Program-made: the position numbers and the translations under genes | Notes under the pieces: model-generated | The model's database searches: none | What the model was told of the DNA's origin: nothing | Seen by the model: only the letters and a program-made list of their open reading frames with translations | Shown: positions 29,118-39,411 of the stretch, piece by piece | Layout of the letters: each line of letters opens with the position of its first letter | Numbering within the stretch: position 1 is the first letter of the stretch | NCBI GenBank assembly: GCA_027021705.1 | Contig: JALUTT010000077.1 | Coordinates: 62,586 to 126,585, forward strand | Direction: 5' to 3' | Length of the DNA: 64,000 nucleotides | Source of the DNA: Anaerolineae bacterium | Lineage (GTDB): Bacteria > Chloroflexota > Anaerolineae > S140-20

Positions 29118-30854
29118 ATGCCCGGTGCAGTGCTCTATCGGAAGTGGCGACCCCAGACCTTCGAAGAGGTGGTCGGGCAGGAACACGTGACCCGAACGCT
29201 GCGCAATGCCATCGCGATGGGGCGGATCGGGCACGCTTACCTCTTCTCCGGCCCCCGGGGTACGGGCAAGACGACGACGGCCCGCCTGCTGGCCAAGGCG
29301 GTCAACTGCCTGGCCGAGGAGCCCGCCGGGCGTCCCTGCAACCGTTGCGACGTCTGCCGGGCGATCAACGAGGGTCGGCTGCTGGACCTCATCGAGATTG
29401 ATGCGGCCTCCCACACCGGTGTGGACGATGTGCGGGAGCTGCGCGACAAGATCGCCTTCCGCCCCAACGAGTGCCGTTACAAGGTCTACATCATTGACGA
29501 GGTCCACCGCTTCTCCGGCTCTGCCTTCGATGCCCTTCTCAAGACCATCGAGGAGCCTCCCCCCCACGCCATCTTCGTCCTGGCGACGACGGAGATCCAC
29601 AAGGTCCCGGCCACCATCCGCTCCCGCTGCCAGCAGTTCGACTTTCGGCGCATCCCCGTTGAGCAGATCGTGGAGCGGCTGCAGCGGATCGTCCAGGAGG
29701 AAGGACTCCGGGCCGAGCCCGAGGCGCTGCGCTTCATCGCCCGTCAAGCCACCGGCTCGCTGCGGGATGCCATCAGCCTGCTGGACCAGTTGGCTGCCTA
29801 CAACGCCGGCGAGATCACGTTGGCGCAGGCCCAGGCCGTGCTGGGGGCGGGTACGCTGGAGACGGTGCTTCGACTGACGGACCGGCTGGCGGCCGGAGAC
29901 GTGGCCGGCGGTCTCAACCTGATCAACGAGGCGGTGGACCGGGGTGTGGACCCCCGCCAGTTGACCCGCCAACTGGTCGAGCACCTGCGGGGCGTGTTGC
30001 TCCTGCGTCTGGATGGCGCAGACCTGCTGGACCTCCCCCAGGAGATGCGCAGGACGATGGCCGACCAGGCCGGGCGCTTCCCCGTGCGCCGCCTCCTGCG
30101 GGCCATCCGCCGTTTCAGCCGAGCGGAGGGGAACTTCCGAGGGGGATGGCACCCCCAGCTCCCCCTGGAGATGGCCTTCGTGGAGAGTTGCCTGGATGAG
30201 GAGGCGGTGTCGCCGGCCGACGGTGCGCCAGCGGCTGCCTCTCGTCCCCCTGCCGCCTCTGGGCCGGCCTCAAGGCCGTCGCCGCCGTCCTCGTCCTCTC
30301 CTCTCCCATCGGAAGCTCCCGCCGGTGGGCAGGCAGCAACTCCCCCTGCGACAGGTACCACGTCAGCGCCCAAGGGGACAGCGAGGCGTCCGACCAGGCA
30401 ACCGACGTCTCCCCCTGCCCGGCCCTCTCCTCCAAAGGCCCCGACCGGAAGGCCGACGACCGGGGTCTCGCCGGACGAACTCACCCTGGCCCTAGTGCAG
30501 GAGCGGTGGCGCGGACTGCTGCGGGTGATGCGCTCCCGGGACCGCTCGGTGGAGGCGCTCCTTCGCTCGGCCCATCCCATCGCTGTGGAGGGTGAGACGG
30601 TGGTCCTGCGGGCAGACCACGAGTTCGCCCGGTCCAAGCTCCAAGTCCCTCGGACCAAAGCGCTGGTAGAGGAGGTCCTGGAACACGTGACCGGCCATCG
30701 GTGTCACGTCCGCTACGTCTTGAAGGGACAGTCGGCCCAGGCAGGAGAGGCCCAAGGGGAAGCCGGTTCATCGGACTTGGACGGAGATCCGCTGTTGCAG
30801 GAGGCGGTGGAAAAACTGGGCGCTCAGGTGCGTCCTTTCAACCAAGGAGGGTAA
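29118..30854 (+). CDS. dnaX: DNA polymerase III subunit gamma/tau
   Basis: LYRKWRPQTF, GPRGTGKTT, EIDAAS, IIDEVH, TIRSRCQ; ATG 29118; conserved dnaX-ybaB-recR order. Confidence 0.97.
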   Translation: MPGAVLYRKWRPQTFEEVVGQEHVTRTLRNAIAMGRIGHAYLFSGPRGTGKTTTARLLAKAVNCLAEEPAGRPCNRCDVCRAINEGRLLDLIEIDAASHTGVDDVRELRDKIAFRPNECRYKVYIIDEVHRFSGSAFDALLKTIEEPPPHAIFVLATTEIHKVPATIRSRCQQFDFRRIPVEQIVERLQRIVQEEGLRAEPEALRFIARQATGSLRDAISLLDQLAAYNAGEITLAQAQAVLGAGTLETVLRLTDRLAAGDVAGGLNLINEAVDRGVDPRQLTRQLVEHLRGVLLLRLDGADLLDLPQEMRRTMADQAGRFPVRRLLRAIRRFSRAEGNFRGGWHPQLPLEMAFVESCLDEEAVSPADGAPAAASRPPAASGPASRPSPPSSSSPLPSEAPAGGQAATPPATGTTSAPKGTARRPTRQPTSPPARPSPPKAPTGRPTTGVSPDELTLALVQERWRGLLRVMRSRDRSVEALLRSAHPIAVEGETVVLRADHEFARSKLQVPRTKALVEEVLEHVTGHRCHVRYVLKGQSAQAGEAQGEAGSSDLDGDPLLQEAVEKLGAQVRPFNQGG

Positions 30855-30855
30855 T

Positions 30856-31236
30856 GTGGCCAAGAAACGTAGTCGCAGACAGATTCCTCGCCGTGGTGCC
30901 TCCCAGCCCGGAGGTATGGGGATGGGAGGGCTGGGGATGATCCAGAAGCTTCAGGAAGAGGTGTTGAAAGCCCAGGAGGCGCTGGAGAGCGAGACGGTGA
31001 CGGTGACGGCCGGCGGTGGGGCCGTCGAGGTGGTCATCACCGGCCACCAGCATCTTCAGTCCATCCGCATTGACCCCGACGTGGTGGACCCGGAGGATGT
31101 GGAGATGCTCCAGGACCTGATCCTGGCGGCGGTCAACGAGGCCATCGAGCAGTCGAAGGCGATGGCGGCCCAGAAGATGGAATCCCTCACCGGGGGGCTG
31201 GGGTTGCCGAGCCTGAAGGACCTGGGGTTGGGGTAG
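30856..31236 (+). CDS. ybaB: YbaB/EbfC nucleoid-associated protein
   Basis: AGGGAVEV...IDP...D.EMLQDLILAAVNEA; lies between dnaX and recR. Confidence 0.93.
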   Translation: MAKKRSRRQIPRRGASQPGGMGMGGLGMIQKLQEEVLKAQEALESETVTVTAGGGAVEVVITGHQHLQSIRIDPDVVDPEDVEMLQDLILAAVNEAIEQSKAMAAQKMESLTGGLGLPSLKDLGLG

Positions 31237-31239
31237 CTG

Positions 31240-31842
31240 ATGGCCGGGATGCCGGAACCGATCACCCGGCTCATTGAGGAGTTCTCTCGGCTGCCGGGCA
31301 TCGGACCGAAGACCGCCTCCCGGCTGACCTTCTACCTGTTGCGGGCGCCGGCTGAGCAGTCCCTGGCTTTGGCAGAGGCCCTGGAGCAATTGAAGTCCCG
31401 CACCCAGCTCTGCCAGGTCTGCTTCAACATCACCGAGGAGAGCCCCTGCCCCATCTGTGCCGATGAGGACCGGGATCGCGGGCTCATCTGCGTGGTGGAG
31501 GAGCCGTTGGACCTGTGGGCGATCGAGCGGACGGGGAGCTATCGGGGGCTCTACCACGTGCTCCACGGCGTCATCTCGCCGATGGAGGGGGTAGGGCCGG
31601 AGGAACTGAAGGTCCGGGAACTGCTGGTGCGCGTGCAGGCCGGCGGTGTACGGGAGGTGATCTTGGCGACCAACCCCAGTTTGGAGGGGGAGAACACCGC
31701 CATCTACCTGCAGCGGAAGCTGACCCCCTTGGGGGTGCGGGTGACGCGCCTGGCCCGGGGCCTGCCGGTGGGTGGAGACCTGGAGTACGCCGACGAGGTG
31801 ACGTTGACCCGGGCGCTGGAGGGTCGGCAGGAGATGGGATGA
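31240..31842 (+). CDS. recR: Recombination mediator RecR
   Basis: LPGIGPKTA, C4 zinc finger, YHVLHG, EVILATN, LEYAD. Confidence 0.97.
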   Translation: MAGMPEPITRLIEEFSRLPGIGPKTASRLTFYLLRAPAEQSLALAEALEQLKSRTQLCQVCFNITEESPCPICADEDRDRGLICVVEEPLDLWAIERTGSYRGLYHVLHGVISPMEGVGPEELKVRELLVRVQAGGVREVILATNPSLEGENTAIYLQRKLTPLGVRVTRLARGLPVGGDLEYADEVTLTRALEGRQEMG

Positions 31843-31876
31843 AAAAAGGCCCGGTGCCTCGATAGCACCGGGTTTG
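31842..31876. terminator. Terminator between convergent recR and tRNA
   Basis: A6-CCCGGTGC-7nt-GCACCGGG-TTTG; the T6 tail is on the minus strand. Confidence 0.75.
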
Positions 31877-31879
31877 TAG

Positions 31880-31953
31880 TGGGCGGTAGAGGACTTGAAC
31901 CTCTGACCTCCACGATGTCAACGTGGCGCTCTAGCCATCTGAGCTAACCGCCC
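31880..31953 (-). tRNA. tRNA-Val (GAC), CCA not encoded
   Basis: GGGCGGTTAGCTCAGATGGCTAGAGCG-CCACG-TTGACAT-CGTGG-AGGTC-AGAGG-TTCAAGT-CCTCT-ACCGCCC-A cloverleaf; followed by CTA rather than CCA. Confidence 0.96.
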
Positions 31954-31964
31954 TTTCCGTCCTA

Positions 31965-31993
31965 ATTATACAAAACTCCCCTCGATTTGGCAA
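31965..31993 (-). promoter_or_regulatory. Sigma70 promoter of tRNA-Val
   Basis: TTGCCA-N17-TATAAT, 11 nt upstream of the tRNA 5' end. Confidence 0.8.
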
Positions 31994-32005
31994 GAGGGTT
32001 TTCTG

Positions 32006-32160
32006 CGGTGATTACCCACAAGGGAGCGAGAGGGTGGTCCGCAGCAGGCCGTCCACGAATTTCTCACCAATGCACGAGTGAGGCGGTCCTTCATTCGTGT
32101 ATTCGTGCCCCATTCGTGGACGGCTCGTCTCCCTATCTCCAACGATATGGGTAATCACCG
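32006..32160. mobile_element. 155-bp MITE-like element with perfect 13-bp terminal inverted repeats
   Basis: CGGTGATTACCCA...TGGGTAATCACCG; internal CACGAAT/ATTCGTG hairpin; flanks gggttttctg / gggttttttc may be an imperfect TSD. Confidence 0.7.
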
Positions 32161-32182
32161 GGGTTTTTTCACGTATGTACGT

Positions 32183-33319
32183 ATGATCTACCTTGACGTT
32201 TCGGCGGCGGTGCACCGACGCGCCGGTCTGGGCCGTTATGCGGAGAGCTTGGTTCGCGCCCTCGTGGCCTGGGCCCAGACCCATCCCGACGAGGCCCTGC
32301 CCTTCGCCCTCTTCTACAACCGGGGCCGGGGAAGCCGGCCCCTGGCGGGCCTAGAACACCTGCCGGCCCGGACGGTGCGGGCCGGATACAAGCCCTGGCG
32401 GATGGCCATCTGGCTGGGGCAACTGGCCCGCATTCCCTTCAACCGACTGCTCCCAGGGGCCACCCTCTACCACGCCACCGAGCACCTGTTGATGCCCTTG
32501 CGAAACCTGCCCACCGTCCTCACCGTTCACGACCTGATCTTCGAGCTCTTCCCCCGTTTCCACAAGCCCCTCAACTACTGGTACCTTCACTGGACGATGC
32601 CCCTCTACTGCCGGCGGGCCGACCGGATCATCGCCGTCTCCCAGGCCACCCGCCGGGACCTGACCCAGCACTACGGCGTGGCCCCGGAGCGGATCACCGT
32701 TGTCTACGAAGCGGCGGCTCCCCACTTCCGGCCTGCTTCCCCTCAGGCTATCGCCGCCCTCCGGGCCCGCTACGCCCTGCCCGACCGCTTCCTGCTCCAC
32801 GTGGGCACCATCGAGCCTCGCAAGAACCTGGAGCGGCTCCTGGACGCCCTGGCCCTCCTGCGCCGCCAGGGCCAGGATGTGTACTTGGTGCTCGCCGGAG
32901 GCAAGGGGTGGCTCTACGAGGGCTTCTTCCGCAAGCTGGAGCGCTTCCCCCACCGGGAGGCGGTCCGGTGGCTGGGCTACGTTCCCGATGAAGCGCTGCC
33001 AGCCCTCTACAGCGCGGCCACTCTCTGTGTCGTCCCTTCCCTCTACGAGGGCTTCGGCCTTCCCGTCCTGGAGGCGATGGCCTGTGGCACCCCCGTGGTC
33101 TGCAGCCGGAGCGGTAGCCTCCCGGAGGTGGGGGGGGCGGCAGCCCGCTACTTCGACCCCAACGACGTTGAGGCGATGGCCGCTGCCATCGGGGCCGTCT
33201 GGCAGGACGGCGACGCCCAGGCAGCGATGCGGGAGCAGGGGCTGGCTCAGGCGGCTCGCTTTTCCTGGGAGCGGGCCGCCGAGGAGACGATGGCCGTCTA
33301 CCGGAGGCTGAAGGGATAG
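32183..33319 (+). CDS. Glycosyltransferase family 4 (MtfB/WbaZ-like)
   Basis: TVHDL, IIAVS, VGTIEPRKN, PSLYEGFGLPVLEAMACG. Confidence 0.92.
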   Translation: MIYLDVSAAVHRRAGLGRYAESLVRALVAWAQTHPDEALPFALFYNRGRGSRPLAGLEHLPARTVRAGYKPWRMAIWLGQLARIPFNRLLPGATLYHATEHLLMPLRNLPTVLTVHDLIFELFPRFHKPLNYWYLHWTMPLYCRRADRIIAVSQATRRDLTQHYGVAPERITVVYEAAAPHFRPASPQAIAALRARYALPDRFLLHVGTIEPRKNLERLLDALALLRRQGQDVYLVLAGGKGWLYEGFFRKLERFPHREAVRWLGYVPDEALPALYSAATLCVVPSLYEGFGLPVLEAMACGTPVVCSRSGSLPEVGGAAARYFDPNDVEAMAAAIGAVWQDGDAQAAMREQGLAQAARFSWERAAEETMAVYRRLKG

Positions 33320-33332
33320 CAGGCGACAGGAC

Positions 33333-33384
33333 TTGTCCCTTTGTCTAGCCCGTGGTATAATCGCAATTGCAAATCGTTGGCAAT
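33333..33384 (+). promoter_or_regulatory. feoAB promoter with an adjacent 19-bp palindrome (Fur-type operator candidate)
   Basis: TTGTCC-N17-TATAAT (33333-33361), then ATTGCAAAT-C-GTTGGCAAT (33366-33384) over the expected transcription start. Confidence 0.6.
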
Positions 33385-33522
33385 AAAGAGCTCAGGTCAC
33401 CAACGTGAGATCGTCGTGGAGCAGCCTTCCCCTGTTGTCGGACTGCTGGCGGACCCCAAAGCCTGCCCCACGTCTCTGCCATCAAGATGACTGATCACCG
33501 CCGGAAGGAGGCGACAAAGGGT

Positions 33523-33780
33523 ATGGGAGGATCGAAGACCATCGCTTTGAACGGCTTGCCCGCCGGCCAACGGGGCATCGTTCGGGAACTGCAGGGCGGC
33601 CACCGCTTTATCAGTCGTCTGGCCGTCCTGGGCTTCACGCCGGGTACCGAGGTCCTGATGGTGCGAAATCCAGGCCGGGGACCGCTGATCGTCCAGGTCC
33701 GGGATACGCGGATTGCGCTGGGCCAGGGGGAGGCCCGGCGCATTTTTGTCAGTCCCAGCGCTGACGGCAATCGGGAGTGA
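33523..33780 (+). CDS. feoA: Ferrous iron transport protein A
   Basis: RLAVLGFTPG...GPLIVQVRDTRIALG; AAGGAGG RBS; adjacent to feoB. Confidence 0.92.
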   Translation: MGGSKTIALNGLPAGQRGIVRELQGGHRFISRLAVLGFTPGTEVLMVRNPGRGPLIVQVRDTRIALGQGEARRIFVSPSADGNRE

Positions 33781-35870
33781 GCCCTATGCATTGCCACGCG
33801 ACGACGACCGACCTCTCGCTGACCGAGCAGAAGACCGCCGAGCATCTGGCCGAGGGACAACGGGTGATCACGGTTGCCCTGGCCGGCCAGCCCAACGTGG
33901 GCAAGTCTACCATCTTCAACATGCTGACCGGTCTGAACCAGCACGTGGGCAACTGGCCGGGCAAGACCATTGAGCAGAAGGTGGGGACGTACCACCACAA
34001 CGGCTTTCTCGTGCGCATCGTGGACCTGCCGGGCACCTACAGCCTGACGGCCAACTCGCCGGAAGAGCGGATCGCCCGCGACTTCATCATCCGGGAGCGG
34101 CCCGATGTCGTGGTGGCCATTGTGGACGCCGCCTCCCTGGAGCGCAACCTCTACCTGGTGGCCGAACTCCTCTGCCTGCCTGTACCGGTGGTGGTGGGGC
34201 TCAACATGGTGGATGTGGCCGAGATGCAGGGGATGCGGATCGAGCCCCACGTCCTCCAAGCTGCCCTGGGGTTGCCCGTCGTCCCGATGGTCGCCTCGAA
34301 GAACCAGGGGCTGCGGGAGCTGATGGAAACGGTGGATGCGGTGGTGCGAGGCCAGGTCCCTCTCCACCCCTGTCCGCCGGAGATTCGGGCCGACCATCGG
34401 GAGGTGTTGGACGAGCTGGAGCGGCTGATCCACGGCTACGTGCCGGAGCCCTACCCCGAGACCTGGGTGGCCCTCAAGCTGCTGGAGGGGGACAGTGAGA
34501 TCACCGAGATGATGCGCCGGCAGCTCCCCCCGGATCGGTGGGATCAGGTGGACAGGCTGCTCCGGCAGCACGAGGACGCCATCCTGGCGGTGGCCGGGGG
34601 GCGCTACGACTGGATCGCCCGGATGATTCGCGCCGCTGTCACCCGCCCCCGTGCCGGACAGATCACCCTCACCGACCGGCTGGACCAGGTGGCTACCCAT
34701 CCTCTTTGGGGCTTCTTGCTCCTCTTGGTCATTATGGGGGCGGCCTTCTGGCTCACCTACACCATCGGCACACCGATCCAGGACTGGTTGGACGCCCACG
34801 TTGTCCAGGCAGGGGCCGCCGTGGTGCGGGCCAAGCTTCAGGGAGCGCCCGTCTGGTTGGTTGGCCTCCTGGCCGACGGCGTGCTGGGTGGGGCGGGGAC
34901 GGTGCTCACCTTCCTGCCCATCCTCATCCTCTTCTTCGCCCTCTTCGGCCTGCTGGAGGATGTGGGCTATATGGCACGGGCAGCCTACGTGATGGACCGC
35001 TTTATGCACCTGATGGGGTTGCATGGCAAGTCCTTCCTGCCCCTCTTCCTCGGCTTTGGCTGCAACGTGCCCGCCGTGATGGGCGCCCGCATCATCGAGG
35101 ATCGGCGGGCCCGGCTGCTCACCATCCAACTGGCTCCGCTGGTGCCCTGCACCGCCCGCATGGCCGTCGTCGTCTTCCTGACGCCGGCCTTCTTCGGACG
35201 GCAGGCCGCCCTCGTCGCCTGGGGGCTGGTGGCGATCAACCTGGCGGTGCTGGCCGTGGGCGGGGTGCTGCTCAATCGGATCCTCTTCAAAGGCGTCCAC
35301 ACCGCGTTCATTATGGAACTTCCCCTCTACCACATCCCCAACGCCCGGACCATCGGGCTCCAGGTCTGGCAACACACCACCGCCTTCCTGCGCAAGGCCG
35401 GCAGCATCATCCTCATCATCTCCGTCATCGTCTGGGCCCTCTCCGTCCTGCCCACAGGGGAGCTGGAGACGAGCGTCCTGGCCTGGGTGGGACGGGGGCT
35501 CGCCCCTCTGGGCCGCTTGATGGGGATGGACTGGCGGATGGTGGTGGCGCTGCTGGCCAGCTTTGTCGCCAAGGAGAACGCTATCGCCGCTCTGGGCGTC
35601 CTCTACGGCACGGGCCGGGAGGCCGTTGGTCTGGCCGAGACGATGGCGGCCACCGTCCCTGCCTCCTCTGCGCTGGCCTTCCTCGTCGTGGAGATGCTCT
35701 TCATCCCCTGTATGGCCACGGTCGCCACGATCCGGCAGGAGACCCAGAGCTGGCGCTGGACCTTGCTCAACATCCTCCTGCTCCTCTTCGTCTCCCTGGC
35801 CGCCGGGATCGTCATCTACCAGGTGGTCAAGGTAGTCCTCGGTCCTCAGTCCTTGGTCCTCGGTCCTTAG
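33777..35870 (+). CDS. feoB: Ferrous iron transport protein B
   Basis: GQPNVGKST, GNWPGKT, DLPGTYSL, LERNL, GFGCNVPA gate, PC motifs. Confidence 0.96.
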   Translation: MSPMHCHATTTDLSLTEQKTAEHLAEGQRVITVALAGQPNVGKSTIFNMLTGLNQHVGNWPGKTIEQKVGTYHHNGFLVRIVDLPGTYSLTANSPEERIARDFIIRERPDVVVAIVDAASLERNLYLVAELLCLPVPVVVGLNMVDVAEMQGMRIEPHVLQAALGLPVVPMVASKNQGLRELMETVDAVVRGQVPLHPCPPEIRADHREVLDELERLIHGYVPEPYPETWVALKLLEGDSEITEMMRRQLPPDRWDQVDRLLRQHEDAILAVAGGRYDWIARMIRAAVTRPRAGQITLTDRLDQVATHPLWGFLLLLVIMGAAFWLTYTIGTPIQDWLDAHVVQAGAAVVRAKLQGAPVWLVGLLADGVLGGAGTVLTFLPILILFFALFGLLEDVGYMARAAYVMDRFMHLMGLHGKSFLPLFLGFGCNVPAVMGARIIEDRRARLLTIQLAPLVPCTARMAVVVFLTPAFFGRQAALVAWGLVAINLAVLAVGGVLLNRILFKGVHTAFIMELPLYHIPNARTIGLQVWQHTTAFLRKAGSIILIISVIVWALSVLPTGELETSVLAWVGRGLAPLGRLMGMDWRMVVALLASFVAKENAIAALGVLYGTGREAVGLAETMAATVPASSALAFLVVEMLFIPCMATVATIRQETQSWRWTLLNILLLLFVSLAAGIVIYQVVKVVLGPQSLVLGP

Positions 35871-35911
35871 CCCTCGGCCCCCGGCCCTCGGCCCTCCGTC
35901 GGCGGTCGGCT

Positions 35912-35940
35912 TTGACAAACCGGCCCACCTGTGCTACCAT
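35912..35940 (+). promoter_or_regulatory. Sigma70 promoter upstream of mtnA
   Basis: TTGACA-N17-TACCAT with extended -10 TG. Confidence 0.6.
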
Positions 35941-35963
35941 ACCGCTGTTGCCCACGCGGTCTT

Positions 35964-35992
35964 CGCTCTCTGCCGTCGAGAGCGTTTTTTTT
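35964..35992 (+). terminator. Intrinsic terminator
   Basis: CGCTCTC-7nt-GAGAGCG-T8. Confidence 0.75.
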
Positions 35993-36200
35993 GGAAGGTA
36001 GTCGGAGGATCGGATGGCCGGGTATCGAGATGGTCGGAAGGTCCCGCTGTCCAAGGGCCGGCCGACCCCTGGACCAGGCGACTACCGGACCAAGTGACCA
36101 CCGGACCATCTGACCACCCAACCAACAACTGAGGACTCAGGACTGAGGACCGAGGACCAAGGACCACCCGACCACCTGACCAACAGAGAGGGGAGGGCTT

Positions 36201-37255
<1,055 letters not shown>

Positions 37256-37256
<1 letters not shown>

Positions 37257-38092
37257 TGGGCCTGTCGGTGGTCATCCTGTGCGGGGGACAGGGAACCCGC
37301 ATGCGGAGCGGAACGCCGACGAAGAAGGAACTGGTGGAGATCGGGGGCCGGCCCATCCTCTGGCACGTGATGAAGATCTTCGCCACCTATGGCCACACCC
37401 ACTTCATCCTGGCCTTGGGCTACCAGGCCGATGCGGTGAAGCGGTACTTCCTCGAATACGAGGCGATGACGCGCGATTTCACCCTCTGGCTGGGGGACAG
37501 CCGGCGGATCACCTACCACCAGCCCTCCGATGAGCGGGCCTGGCGGGTGACGTTGGCCGACACCGGGCTGCGCACCAACAAAGCCTCGCGCATCCGCCGG
37601 GTCGCCCACTACATCGAAGGGGAGACCTTCTTCGTCACCTATGGGGACGGCGTAGCCGACATTGACCTGGACGCGCTGCTGGCTTTTCATCGGGAGCATG
37701 GCCGGCTGGCCACGGTGACCGGGTTCCAACCCCGGTCGCAGTACGGCCTTCTGGAAGCGGATGCCGATGGGCGCGTCGTCAGCGTGCGGGAGAAACCCCG
37801 CCTCGACCACTGGGTCAACGGGGGCTTCTTCGTCTTTCAGCGGGGGGTGTTGGACTACATCGGTCCTGGGGATGACGTAGACCTGGAGCGGGAGACGCTG
37901 CCCCGCCTCGCCGCCGACGGCCAGTTGATGGTCTACCGTCATCGGGGCTTCTGGCGTTCGATGGACACTTTCAAGGAAGCCATCGAGCTGGACCGGCTGT
38001 GGCGGGAGGGTGCCCCGTGGGCGGTGTGGAAACGTGATAGGGGGAGAGCGAGTAACGAAGCAAAGAAAAGAGCAAAGGGATGGAGCAGCTAA
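37256..38092 (+). CDS. rfbF: Glucose-1-phosphate cytidylyltransferase
   Basis: ILCGGQGTR, VEIGGRPILWHVMK, VTLADTG, TYGDGVAD, NGGFFV, GFWRSMDT. Confidence 0.85.
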
Positions 38093-39411
38093 ACTTGTTC
38101 GCTTCGGAAGAGCGGGAATCCCGGAAGGACAAACGGCCTCCTCCACGGACCCCCCGTGAGCGCCTTGGAGCCCTGCTGGAGGCGGACCTGGACTTTCAGG
38201 GGGCGAAGACTGGCTACGCCTCTCACTCCTGGCACGCCTTCGCCGCCAAGTTCCCTCCCCAACTCCCGCGTCACTTCATCCAGGGCCTCACGGAACCGGG
38301 GGATGTTGTCCTGGACCCGATGGCCGGCTCCGGTACGGCGGTCGTGGAGGCGCTCCTGCTCCGACGGATCGGCATCGGCGTGGACCTGGACCCGTTGGCC
38401 GTCCAGATCGCCCAGGTGAAGCTCACCCACCTCCCATCCTCGAAGCTTCTCGGAGCGGCCAGGCGGGTGCTCTCCAAAACCCGACGGCTGCTGGAGGAAG
38501 GGGAAGCGATCACCCGCCGGCTGCACGCCTTCGACACGCCGACCCGGGAGTTCATCGAGTACTGGTTTCTCCCCGCCACCCAGAGGGAGCTGATGGCCCT
38601 GAGCATGGCCATCCAGGAGGAGCCTGATGCCAAAGCCCGGCGCTTTCTGCGATTGGTCTTCTCCTCCACCATCGTGACCAAGTCGGGTGGGGTCTCGCTG
38701 GCCCGAGACCTGGCCCACAGCCGGCCCCACCGTGATCTGGCAAAACGGCCTCGCAGCGCTCTGGAAGCCTTTCAGGTTCGCCTGGGCAAGGCGATGCAAG
38801 GGATGGAATCCCTGTCCAGGGGGGGGCAAGCCATCATCCTCCACGGGAACGCGCGGCACCTGCCGTTGGCCGATAACACGGTCCACTTGGTGGTCACATC
38901 ACCGCCTTATGCCAATGCTATTGACTATATGCGAGCCCATAAGTTCTCGCTGGTGTGGATGGGAAAGCGGATTCCAGACCTTTCTCGGTGGCGGGGGCGT
39001 TACATCGGTGCGGAGCGGCTGGGCGACTTTGAGCCTCCTCCTTTCCCGACGGCGACCCAGCAGGTGATCCAGACCCTGGCAGAGCGGGACGCGAGAAGGG
39101 CGCGGGTGTTGGGCAAGTATTTCTTCGAGATGCAGCAGGTTCTGGGGGAGATGCACCGAGTCCTGCGGCCGGGAGCGGCGGCGGTCATCGTTGTCGGGAC
39201 CTCGACGATGCGGGGGATGAATGTTCAGACCCACCTCTGTCTGGCTGAATTGGCTGAGGAAGTGGGGTTTGATTTGGTCCGCATTGTGGAACGGGGTATA
39301 GACCGGGACCGGCGGATGATGCCGGCGCGGTGGGGAGCGAAAACCACCCAGATCGAGCAGCGGATGCATCACGAATACGTGATCGGACTGCTAAAACCGG
39401 AGGAAGGATGA
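38080..39411 (+). CDS. Amino (probably N4-cytosine) DNA methyltransferase
   Basis: HAFAAKF, motif I DPMAGSGT N-terminal to motif IV TSPPY (alpha order); coupled to the downstream nuclease by ATGA overlap. Confidence 0.88.
   Translation: MEQLNLFASEERESRKDKRPPPRTPRERLGALLEADLDFQGAKTGYASHSWHAFAAKFPPQLPRHFIQGLTEPGDVVLDPMAGSGTAVVEALLLRRIGIGVDLDPLAVQIAQVKLTHLPSSKLLGAARRVLSKTRRLLEEGEAITRRLHAFDTPTREFIEYWFLPATQRELMALSMAIQEEPDAKARRFLRLVFSSTIVTKSGGVSLARDLAHSRPHRDLAKRPRSALEAFQVRLGKAMQGMESLSRGGQAIILHGNARHLPLADNTVHLVVTSPPYANAIDYMRAHKFSLVWMGKRIPDLSRWRGRYIGAERLGDFEPPPFPTATQQVIQTLAERDARRARVLGKYFFEMQQVLGEMHRVLRPGAAAVIVVGTSTMRGMNVQTHLCLAELAEEVGFDLVRIVERGIDRDRRMMPARWGAKTTQIEQRMHHEYVIGLLKPEEG

Noticed and set aside
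29118..30854. dnaX programmed frameshift or slippage site
   Set aside because: No A-AAA-AAG or long A run was seen in the gene.
31880..32200. tRNA-anchored genomic island
   Set aside because: No integrase and no duplicated tRNA 3' end were seen in the window.
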